DNA of 64,000 bases from Anthoceros angustus (Eukaryota > Plantae > Anthocerotophyta): assembly GCA_010909165.1 (NCBI GenBank), contig MU008178.1, positions 1,066,369-1,130,368 on the forward strand. Reading direction: 5' to 3'. Under the pieces are notes generated by a model, which worked only from the letters and a program-made list of their open reading frames with translations, was not told the DNA's origin and did not search any database. Positions 49,801 to 61,050 of the stretch are shown here, in pieces (positions within the stretch are counted from its first letter, which is position 1; the number at the start of each line of letters is the position of its first letter). Made by a program: the position numbers and the translations under genes.

Positions 49801-50560
49801 GCAAGGCTGCGAACAAAGTCCCGATGAGAAGGCAACTCGTGAGGCTATTGCCATCTGTGCTCGAGGAAGTTGGTGCACATGTCCATAGTGTGAAGGCTCC
49901 TTCATGCGACCATTGCTTACCTCTGATGTTGGAGAACCCATCGACAGGATGTAGCGGTGGTGGACATACATTGGACACGAGGGTAGGTCAGCTGCCTTTA
50001 ACACCGGGTGGAGCAAAGCGCAAATCTGTAGAGGGAGCTAGGAAGGTACCAGCTGCGAAACAACATAGACAAGAGGAGGAAGAAGAGGCATAAGATGAAG
50101 AGATTGAAGAGGACTACTCGTCTGCGCCCTAGGGACAACTTTGCAGTGTTGGCCGAAATGCAAGAAGGGCAGACTGAACCGTTTTACATCATCAAATGCA
50201 ACAAGCGCCCATGGGTGACAGACGAAGGTCTGGGACAGGTGGTATGAAGGGCACTGGCCGGCAGGCGAAATGGTTGTTCAGGGGATCTACTATGAGCGTG
50301 AAGGGGAACAGAAAGGAGTTTACAAACTCAGGAATGACAAGCCTCCTTTGCCAGTTGTTTTGCCTGTGCGTATGATTATCTTTGCAAGGTTTGAATTCAA
50401 AGTGCCACCTAGACATAGAAATGCGCCTGGAAGAAAGGGAGGTCAACGTTGTTGGTTGGAGCCCAAACTGAGGAAACGTCTTGAAGAACTGGCGATTTAC
50501 ACAGGCGAGAAGCTTCAGGCCTGGCATGTGTTGGTTGGTTTCAGCTCCGTATGTTAGTTG
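46845..50560 (+). pseudogene. Multidomain accessory gene of the 17-kb element: unknown N-domain, coiled coil, RING-H2 (about 48694-48870), Cys-rich patch, C-terminal domain (50132-50400)
   Basis: LQGKPVNVWDWKEEDG..GFNVR..LKDLIGG..FG...NEGFKW; RRPGLFGHPW; FLPCGHSYHDFCLYQHLRESSACAFRSC..WLMAKGW; GDNFAVLAE..PFYIIKC..GEMVVQGIYY. Broken by shifts and possibly introns. Confidence 0.6.
47102..47304 (+). repeat. Perfect 16-bp tandem array, 12 copies plus a partial copy
   Basis: Unit CAAGTGGATGGTGCTC; the same motif recurs at about 48387 and 48450. Confidence 0.97.
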
Positions 50561-52289
50561 ATTATGTTGACATTTATTGGTTGCTGCTTGTTTCTATTTG
50601 CAGAGCAGCAGAAGATGACAACTCTGTCTGAGTCTGGTGGCGATCTTACTCGTAGATGATTGATAGCCTTTGCCCACACTCCTAGCATGAGCAGTCAAGA
50701 GGAAGAGTGTGGAATACTAGGAGATTGCGGTGGTTTTGCTATGTGGGAGTCAAGCCAGTGACTTTGTGTGTTTAGTCTGCTTGGCTTGGTTTGTAGTCGT
50801 GTGTTGGTATTGTGCTTACTTAGCGTGAGCCGACTCTCCGCGATAAGGCGGAAGCGCGAATAGATCAAACTGTGAAACTAAAACTACCAAAAGACTCTTT
50901 CATTGTTTTTAATATCCACAAGATCCACTCATCGCGTACATCGGTTTGTTGCGCTACACACGTCAACATGAGAATCTTTGGTAGTGTGTCGGGCCATATA
51001 TTGGAAATATGATACCGATTATTCTTTACGCCACCCTATCGATCGCAGACTAAACACCCCTAGTATGGGAACACCCCCTAGTATGGGGCATAAACAAGTG
51101 AACCTGCAAACGGCTGCTAGGCCAAACCCGCCTGCCAACCATGCCCAGGATCAATGACGACAATAATACAACATCCTTCCTCAATTACTCCGAGGCCGGA
51201 CGCTAAGGTTTCTTCCTACAACACCCAAAGCCAGGTTTGAACAAAGCTCTCAACCTATCACTCCAGAACATGATGAGGAGGTGGGCTCTATGGGGATAGA
51301 GCAGTCCATGAAGCTGAGCTTTTTCTTCCGCTTCGGATTGTTCTCATCGTTCGCGCCACTCGCCAACACCGGACATAGTAGTCGCGGTCAGTTGCCTTGC
51401 AATGATGCCCAACATTTTGCCGTATTCGTGAAGAGAAGCCGGGAGTTGCCTTCCGAGTCCTCTTGTTTCCTCTATCGGCAAGGTTCTCTTCCCCAATCCG
51501 CCCATGTTCTTGCCCTACCACGCGGCGCCCTTCCTGCCGCTGCTCGCCACTTCGTGCAGACCTCATATCCCTCGGGGTGGAAGATCACCTTGAGTCGATG
51601 CAACGGAGGCGTGCTCGTGAACCATCCTCCGCCTCGATCGCAACTTGTAAGTTCCACGATGTTGACCGCATGCGAGGGAGTTAGCGATGCCGCTGCTCGC
51701 TGCGGAAGCCATGAGAGCTTGGCCTCTCGTCTGTGCAGCGAACGAGTGTACACCGTGAAGGGTCAATAGGCGACGATAGGCACCGCCGTTGCTGGGAGGG
51801 TGAAGGGTTATCGAGCAAAGTGGTGCTGGAGGAACGGCTACAGTGGTGGCTCATCCAGGAATAATCGATGATTGAAACGTTCAATCTACGCCTGGTATGA
51901 TGCCCAGCCCCAAACTCGTGTGCATCATTTATTGAACTGCAGTTGTTGTGGTTGTACGTGGGGTATGGCTGTATAATGTGATAGGAGTATAATGTGACCG
52001 GACGCAAATGACGTGCTCGTAAAAGACGGTATCGATCCACGCATCGCATCGAGGTGGCATGGCCTAGAAAGGGCTATCCGTGTAGAAAATGGTGCATATG
52101 AAGCAGTGAAACCAGTAATCGTATCAGGCACACCGCGTGAATGCTTTACCCATGAAAAGCGCACAAATAGAAACCCGAGGTGATGTGGAAGGTAATCTCC
52201 TGCGCGTAACTTCTCCAACGACAAGCATCGTAATCGCACGTCGATAAGGCACAAACAACAATTCCTATCCGGTCTCACCAAAATTCAAA

Positions 52290-55200
52290 GAATCTTTTCC
52301 CATTTCATTCCTCCCCCGCATCGATCGTTATGGTCTCTCACCAAATCGTCAAACGTCTGGACAAGGTCGTGGCACATGTACACCACGAATCCCTTTGCGT
52401 GAGTGAGGTCAAACTTGCATGTCACCACTGTATTCGGAGAAAGGATGCATTCGATGCCGTGTCTGTGTACCGAAACCGCCTCCTGTTCATTGTCGTAATA
52501 TCGACCCAAGACCACTATGTCTCGACAAAAACCTATATACGCTCCAAGGACATTGTCGCGCCGAGGAAGGCGGTGTGGTCCTTGCACACTGCGAGGTAAT
52601 AGGTTGCACCCTCATCCGCAACCTCTGCAAACACAAGGAAATTATCACCCACTTCAAAGCATCTCCGCCATGTTGACATCTTGGACTCGTCTTCAACATC
52701 GCCGACATTGCTCGCCGCATGGCTTCCACAACTGGAAAGGTCGCTTGTCGCCTAAGTTGTGGTCTACGAACACGTAATTGAATCTCCGAATGTGGACCTA
52801 TTGTGATGTCTTCCCACAATCCGGCATGTGGTACCGATTCACACCGCATGATTCCGCCTATGCATGCACAAAAGCATGGTTGCGCATTCTCGGTTTTGTT
52901 GGGTCGATCGTAGCCATAAATGCTATGACAACTCTTGGAGCACGGAATGGCATCACAAGCCCATTTTGCCCGGCGTTGACATCATTGGGCCCACTGTTAA
53001 CGCGTGCGTGCACCGCCAAGACCAGCCGGAGCACGAATACCGGCCTCCGATATTGTGGGCGAAGAAATGCAACAACGCCGGCGTGCATTCGTGCTCCGGT
53101 GAGACTCTTGCGCCGCAGCACGCTTCAAAATGGCTCCTCCATCGTGTTCACCTTCCCATGGCCACTACCAAAATAGGACCATAACATGTTGCACCCCACT
53201 GTTATACTTGGATACCTCGCCACATAGTAATGCGATGGTCGGCATGCCTTGAGAGGACTGCCATCGACCATACCAGTGTTCGAGGCCTCAGAAACCCAGT
53301 CCACGCATCCACGCCAATGGAGACCCAAGCAATCTTGCACAAAAAGGGTATCGTGTAGCATGTCACTAACAAAAGTGATAATACTTGTGGATACCAAGAC
53401 AAATTAGCGGATCAACCTCCGTGTCCGTCTCAGAGAAAACAAGGACCAAAATTGTAACTTGGTCGTTATACCAGTGCATTGACTGGATTTCGTTCTGCAC
53501 ACCAAAGGCGTAGTTTTGTGAGAAGTCCAAAACGCTGACGACAACATCTTTGGGAAACAATTGCACACAGCGTCGAAATTCCAGGCCCTGCCACCTTTGC
53601 CAGAAATCATGCAAAATAAAAGCCCGCAACTTGTCTTTCAAGTACAGAACCATGTCCGCGGGGTGTGTCTCCATGAAGCCCAACTTAATACGCTTCTTGT
53701 CACCCTCCACCGCTTTTCCCACAACTGCACCGAAGCACCTCCAATTCATGGTAACATTTGCATGACGTCAATCCGGTTTCCGGACAAAACACCTTCCGTG
53801 ACCACGCATCTGTTCAGGAAGGCAATCCAGTTGTGCCATTCGAATCCACCTTTGTCACAAAGGGCCGCCGATAATGCTCTCACCGATGAATAGCTTGATG
53901 TAGGGCACAACACCCAGAGGTTGCACTCGCAGGCGACAAACGCCGCAATCACATGGGCAGCCTCCACGAGGGTGTATTCGAAATGGTATGTCGAGCTCAA
54001 CAGATCATCCTTAGAAATGCCATTTCCACGTGATACCCGCAAAGAACAAACATTCCTCTCCGCAAGCTCTTCACAAAATATGGCTTCAACTTCTCAAATG
54101 CACGTTGTCCAACTGGATGCTGGATGCTTGTTCTTTGAATCAAGGAAAAATTACCGCCATCCACCGTAGACCCAAAAACTTGTTGATCGGCTATCATTGG
54201 CCACCACGAACTCCATTATAAGTGCCACCACCACACCTGTGGAGGCTCCCTATTCACCGAAGAACACCACCCCACTATGAGGCCCACCACCCTCGCATGA
54301 GAAAGACCAGCTTCCACTAAGGGGAGACTAGAATCACGAGGGAGGCCACCATCCAATGAGGTAGACCACCATCCGCTGAGGCTCACCACCATGCACCAAG
54401 ACCCACACCTCCATCCACTATGGGGCGCACTCCTCCACCGAGAGGGAGACCAATCCTCTATGAGGTAGACCACCATCCACCGTGAGGTCACCACCGTGCA
54501 CTAAGACCCACACCTCCCTCCACTATGAGCACACTAGCATCCACTTTGTGGCAAACCACAATCCACCAAGACACACCACAAACCACTAAAAGGGAGACCA
54601 ACATCCACCAAGAGGACAAAGGCTCCACTGAGTCACAAAGAAGAGGGTCATCACCACACATGGATGGTGGTGACCACCATACACTAGGACCCACCAACAT
54701 CCACTAAAGGCAAACCCCCAACTACATGAAGGCACACCATCATCCGAATGAGGGTGCCCACCATTCACCAGTTCTCCACACCAATGTCCACCGTCACCTA
54801 GAAGCACTAGACACTGCAGAGTGGACGTCGATCCACAACCGCCACACCAGTGTGAGGCACCACCATGTACATTCGGCCGGCAGTCATACCGTTTCCACAA
54901 AGAATTGACCAACAACAAAAGGTCGCACACATATGCGGGATGTAGATTTTCCTAGGCTAGTGCCTCAGACGCTACCTTCCACCCGTATCCCATCCGGGAA
55001 GCAACGCATGTGTGGAAAGCCTATGAAAATGCCTCAGATATGGCAACAATGGAAGGTAACAATGGAAGTGCAACACAAAGTACCGGAGTGAAGCAAACAA
55101 TGGCGAACATGAAGCAATAACTAGCAACGGCAGTGTCACCGCGACATGTCCAGAAATGGACAATGTGTTTCTCAAACGCCTTGGGGCCTCATGCTGGCAT

Positions 55201-55640
55201 CCTTGGTGTTTGAGGAGGGGCTTGCAAGCTCCCAAAATTTCTTTACCAAGATCTCGCACTGTGGACAACACATCCGATCGACGCTGGCCCACCCCCAAAA
55301 TGTATGTGGCACGTAATCCGCACTCGAGATTCATCGTCAACGCCGATCACACGCCTATCCACACCAATGGCACGACCAAGGATAGATTGCAAACCGAGGT
55401 CCCGTGACTCGACAAAATTATGTTGAAGAACGCTTTTCCTGCCCGCAAGTGGTCTGTGTGGTGAACATTCTTCAACCGAATGCGGCCTTCATGTTCTTCA
55501 ACAGAAAGACATCCATCTCTTTGGGCTCCAATGGAAGCTTGCATGCCTTCAAGATGGGCAAGGTCAACAAGTGTTGCGTAATATCGGCTCTACAAGTCGA
55601 TGTGTATTTTGGGTCCGCCTGTGAATACGAGCCCAATCTC
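52290..55640 (-). pseudogene. Sola2-like DDD transposase (frameshifted; about 0.9-kb interruption at about 54195-55135)
   Basis: QRRSDVL..LVKKFWE..SSNTKD..KAFEKH; GQRAFEKLKPYFVK..GYHVEM; SVLDFSQNYAFGVQNEIQSMHWYNDQVTI (D at 53525-27); W(S)DG (about 53265); WSYFGSGHGK(G)EHDGGGAILKR (about 53140); C-terminal EVGDNFLVFAE. Confidence 0.75.
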
Positions 55641-57997
55641 TCGAGCTAGTTGACTTGCCCGCTTTTCCCACACGCTGATGTGCCGAATCGCAGACTGGGC
55701 CGAGCTCGCCAAGCCCGAACGTTGCCTGGCGATGAAGCGCAGCCCATCACCACCGTCAGGACTCGGCAAGAGCCCCAGCCATGTCCACGTCTGTTGAAAG
55801 GAACTCTAGGTGGCCCCTCCGGGTACCTGTGGTTCTGACCACGCCTCCGACACGGAGGAACCTCCTCCTTCATGTGGTGAAGGAGAACTAGCATCCAAGC
55901 CTCAAAGAATTTGCAGACCATCCACACGAGCTCCTGGCACTCTTCTAGCCGAGGGTGTGCACTTCACCCCCAAGACACCTCCCTTGCCGCAACACCATAG
56001 CAACTCCTCGCCTGCCCCGAATCCGCCTCAGCGCACCTCTCCGGCCTTCCTCCGCCTCATCACCAGATGCGGCCTTCTCCTCCGACGCCTGCACGGGCCG
56101 TTGGTTGAAGGCGCCATGGCTATGAGTTCTAACAAGGGTCACCAAAAGCTATGCCCTAGGCTCACCAACCTGCTCACGTGGCTTTAGGTCAACTTTCAAA
56201 ATTGTGAAAGCCAAAACTTCAGACCAAACCTTCATTTCAAAAGACACCGAATCCTGTCCATAAGACATCTCCCTACCATGGTCAAAAGGGTAGAACCTAA
56301 AGCCAAGCACTAGGAGGTGCGGACTCTGTGATCTAGTGCGCTCCTAGAAAGCTAGGTCCACACCGCAGCATTGATTGCTCAATCCGAGCGCAACTAACCT
56401 GCAAAGCCGCAGCGTCGTTTCACCACAGGGACATCTTGAAGTTTCTGGTAGAAAATACATCTTGAGTGTCCTCACGTATGCATGGGGTGAAGAAGCTGGC
56501 GCGCATCAAGCAACATCGATGTCCGTGGCGGGCCAACATGTCCCAATATGCTAATAGGCCCGTGATTTCAAACACAGCTCGGGGCGGTAGACATCACATC
56601 GCCACACACCAGGTGACCCGTGCCTCCTCAAGGCTCGTTACATAGAAGCTAGTTCTTGTGGGACCGCAAGGTCACACCAGTGACACACTACACATAAGAA
56701 CAAGGCCTAGAAGCTCCACTTCAAGCTCGACAATCACGATACCACTAGACCGACAAATGCCCAACTTGTCCAACAAAATCAGACGCCACCGCTCATCTAA
56801 TGCCCATTCCCACACACGCGGAATGAAATGCTGTTGTACTACTACGATCAGGGCTACCATCGAGGTTGATGTGGTAGGCGTGATCTTTGCCCCCCACAAG
56901 CACTCCTTGTCCTTCGATTGGCAAGAATACTCTCTTGGATGCCTCAAAGTATAATGGCGAGCGGATGGTGAGGAAGAAATGCAGGAGCACATCATCACAT
57001 GCATTCTCTACTCGATGTATGCCATGAAGATATTGTGGCACTCCACTGAACATCTTCTGCCTTCTATGGCCTAAATCACTGAGACAAACAAAGTAAAAAT
57101 GTATGTGACGCAATACACATGGTATGCTCGCTTGAGCCACCACAGTGCATCTAGCAATCCACTGGCAAGTGCGCAGCTTTAATACCACTTGAGGCTGATT
57201 TCCCATGCCCATCCGTGAAGGCGGACATGAATTCTGTTCATCAACCGCGGAAAAACTCGGGGAAGGAAGGAAGGTTGCCAAGCAATGGCAAAACAATGGA
57301 TTTCCAACAAACCTCTGAATGGAGCAACAAACCTCTGAATGGAAATGACCAGGAGGTTGTGAAAATGACCGAAATGTGCCTGCTTGCCTCAAGGCTCACA
57401 TGTAAAAATAGCGAAGTTCTTCCTCAAGACCATGTAAGGTCACACCGCAGTACACACTACACACAAAGAACAAGACCTAGAAGCTCCACTTCAAGGTCTG
57501 ACAACTGCTGATACCACCGTATAGACCAACAGCTGCCTCCAACTTATCCAACAAAATCCCGTACGCGACGTGCTCATCTAATACCATTCCTCGATTGACA
57601 CTCTAGTCTTCTTGTCAACACAAGAATGACACGCAATTTCGATTCATCCCACGAATACTTCTTTTCTAGCTTTAAGAGCGCCTCACTCACTATGACTTGC
57701 AATGGATGTGTTGACAAACGAAGGACTTTCCTTTGATGACGCTTCCATGGTGAAGGGCACTTCATCCTCATACCTTCGATTCTTCCAATCCCTCGACATT
57801 TCCTCAAAACCTACAGTCACCTCCTGGCCCAAAGGGTCCCCACGTTGGGGCCTACCCCACAAGACATCTTTAATGGTCTGCGGTCGAATTGACGACCAGG
57901 GTTTTCACAAGCCGTGGACTCTACATTGTTCGCCATCTTCCCCAAGCTACCCTCCCTCACGTAGCCTAACCCTCTCCTAGCATACGTCCCACCCGGC

Positions 57998-58265
57998 ATG
58001 GAGTCACACCACCGCCCACGCACACCACACCCCCCACACACACCGCACCCACACCCTAAAACCCGCACTGCACCCCCACACAGCCCGCACCCACACCCTA
58101 AAACCCACACGCACCACACTCCCACACCCACACCCACACCCGCACCCCACCCCACCCCACCCCTAAAACCCAAACACCCGCACCACCCACACACCCACAC
58201 CGCACCTGCACCCGCACTCCACACCCGCGAGCACCTGGCCCGCACATCCGAGGCCCCACTCCCAC
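57998..58265. repeat. CA-rich low-complexity array with interspersed CCCTAAAACCC
   Basis: CACACC/CCCGCAC units read directly from the sequence. Confidence 0.9.
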
Positions 58266-59769
58266 TCACATGACGGCGAGCAATCGCTGCCCGCCATACA
58301 AAATCTATCTCCAAACAAGGATTGGCCAAAGAACCTCTTTATCACCACTCACCCGGTCAATGACCACTTTTTGCCCGCTTTTCATACACCGTGGTTAGCT
58401 CTCACCTTGCAATTAATTTTTATACTATGACTTTTATGGAATACATATTTTCATATACATTCCCATGTATGTAAAACTCTTTTAACTTCACTTTTCATTA
58501 AATCTCATTACATATATTTTTCTAAAATTATTTTAGCCAAAGCACATGATTTTCTCAAGAAGTAAATCATCCTTAATTTTTACTGGTGAATCATTTTTCA
58601 CGTTTTCTTTTGCTAATTCTATAGACCTCAACACTATCTACAACTTTGCTTCACATTGTACAGCGTAAACTCGGAATGAAGGTCCTTCTTTTCAAATCCT
58701 TGTACTAAAACTATTTATGAGCTTTGTCATTTTTTATATCCTTCATGCTCCATCCAATGAAGATGAGACTTGGTAAGTGTGCTTCATACTACCTCTTGAG
58801 AGCACTCAAAAATAGGGAGTCTAATATTGTTGTCATTTGTAGATATTTTAAATTCTTCTAAGGGTGACAAAAAGTGACACGTTGCCTTGTTTCGTCTCAC
58901 ATTACCAATAGTGAATAACCAAACCATGCATGGACCCTATTCTACAACATTGGTTGAAGGCTTTTACCTAATCAAAATTCATGATGTGGGATGCATCTGC
59001 TCGCGCCCAATTCCACAATGTGAGGCCTTGGATTTCAAGAGGCGGTGATGGAGATGGGGCGATGTTTCATGAAATTACGCCTCGGGAGGCCTCGCCGAGC
59101 CGCCTGCATCTAGGTTGTGGCTTCCTACTGGATTGCAGACAACGACACTTTTTAGAAGTCTACTACGAGCGCCCAACGCGCTGTGGAGATGATCCAGGAG
59201 GATTTTTCAGCACGCGCCTGCCGCAGCCCCTTTTGTTCTTGTTTTATGGTCGGCCCAGCCTAAGCCTTTAACTGTACCTACTCTAATCGCTTTGCTTTTT
59301 AGGTAATAAGATGTGGCTTTATCATCAACCCATTCTAAATTAGTGTTGTTGTAAACGCATCGTGTCTCGCCGTAAAGGGTCTTGTTGTAAACTCCACAGG
59401 TGTAGAAACTATTGGATGTTATAAAATACCATTGGCATGTTGCAAAAGAACCTGCTGTAATCAAGAAAGTCCTCAGAGTAAATTGCAGCCCGTAGTAAAC
59501 GAATACGCCATCATTGTAACGCCCATAAGCTCGCTGTGTACTGGGAAGTGCCCCGTAGTAAGGTCCATTTTGATTTGCCACGCCGCCTTTTTGGCCTTTA
59601 TAAAACAAGCCTCGACAGTTGGAATGAGCTAGTAAATTCGGCTATACCAAAAAATAATACATGGACTTGAAACCAAGTGTCAATTGATTTAGTAAAATGG
59701 GGTCTGTGGTAAAATGCACCCCTGTAAAACTTCAATTAGTAAAGTATACTTTTCCTTAGTAGTGAGTGG

Positions 59770-61050
59770 AGCTGCAATAATCTCCTCTCTCGGGACTCCA
59801 TCCCACAACAAATTAACACCACCATTTAATTCCAATGCAAAGAATGGAAAACGCCAGCACTTCGTGACCGGCTACAAACACATGACTAGGCAACTCATGA
59901 GTGATTTTAAACCGATGTTGGAAACTGATTATAGAGTAAATGTTGCAGACGGACCCCTGTGCCACAAATATTGCTTAAAGTTGGGCACCTCTTTCATAAG
60001 ATAGATCTTTGGTGTCGGAGTATAAGCCCTCTCAAGGCAACCGATTAGCTCCGCAAGGTGTAGGCCTCCTTGGACGAAAACAATGTAAAAACGGGAAAAC
60101 ATTTGATCAATCTGATCATGGGTATGGCCAACAATTAGAAATCCTAGTTTCACCTTCTTGAAAATACCTCGGTCCACTAACATGGCGCAATACGCCAACA
60201 CTTCTTGGTTCTTATTCTGAGCAGCTGTATTGTCCATCTGCAGGTAAAGAGTTTGAGGCAACTGGCCCTCCCATCCGTTAATAACATGCTGGACTACGAA
60301 TTGTCCCGTTAGGGTCATTTCGCAGATTTGGATAGCTGTAAACATAAGTTCTCATGTATTTGTTAAACACCAAAACTCCAACCACATGGACAGAGACGAG
60401 CAAGACTATCCACATCTTTGGGCACTCATGGAAATGAGGCAACTCGCTTTCTTTTTTGGTCCATACCATCTATCGCAATCCCTGTACTTGGTCGGTTGAG
60501 CCATACACTTGCTGCTGCTTTGCCATTTTCGCCCGCTCCGTTGTTGATCCCGGTGGTAATTGAGGAGTTCCCTAAGTCTATCCGCACATACCGCAAGTGC
60601 CATCAATAGCAGCCCCTGCAACTCCAGTCGCTACGCCTACATCAACCTTGTAGAACCCTAAAGAATGGGTCTAGGGTTTTCCACGACAACTACTAGAAAA
60701 AGGACACCTAGCAATCACCGGACATCCCGTGCTTAAAAAGGAGAGCGGTTCATACTGACCTTGCTCCCTGCTCGCGCTTTTAATTTTCGCTTTAAGCTTC
60801 TCACAACAAGATGCATCGAGAATCGGTTGCATCTTGGAATCTTGACGGACAAATGGTATCCATGACTTGCAAAAATAGCTATAACAAACATGAGTGGTAA
60901 TTGCTCTAGCCTCAGCATACTCAATGTAAATCTCCTTTTGTGAATGTATCCTAGAGGTTGAACACTTCCTGGGTAGTCTTTCCACATTTCTTTTGAAAAC
61001 ATATCCATCCACATGACACCGCAACTGTATGAAGTTGAATTTTACCAGCT
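59770..61050 (-). pseudogene. Second Sola-like DDD transposase of a different subgroup (GHTH.DIDQ type), frameshifted
   Basis: WMDMF..; VKIPRCNRFS; IAIDGMDQKK (D about 60469); LYLQMDNTAAQNKNQEVLAYCAMLVDRGIF; FLIVGHTHDQIDQMFSRF; probable short intron at about 60650-60715. Confidence 0.8.

Larger units (their letters stand above)
42492..59764. mobile_element. 17.3-kb DNA transposon with CACTA-type TIRs and a 3-bp TSD
   Basis: Left end CATTACTA-GGAAAAGTATACTTTTAC; right end reverse complement CACTACTAAGGAAAAGTATACTTT-AC; AGT on both flanks (42489-42491, 59765-59767); dense GTAGTAAA/TTGTAAA subterminal repeats at about 42520-43110 and 59340-59740. Confidence 0.88.

Noticed and set aside
57998-58265. 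Interstitial telomere
   Set aside because: Only scattered CCCTAAAACCC motifs, not tandem TTTAGGG.
59207-59608. 133-aa Tyr-rich ORF as a real gene
   Set aside because: It overlaps the subterminal repeat array (TTTACAAC/TACTAC), which explains the composition.
60687-60703. CAACTACTAGAAAAAGG as another CACTA end
   Set aside because: Not CACTA, no subterminal repeats or partner; it lies in a probable short intron of the transposase.
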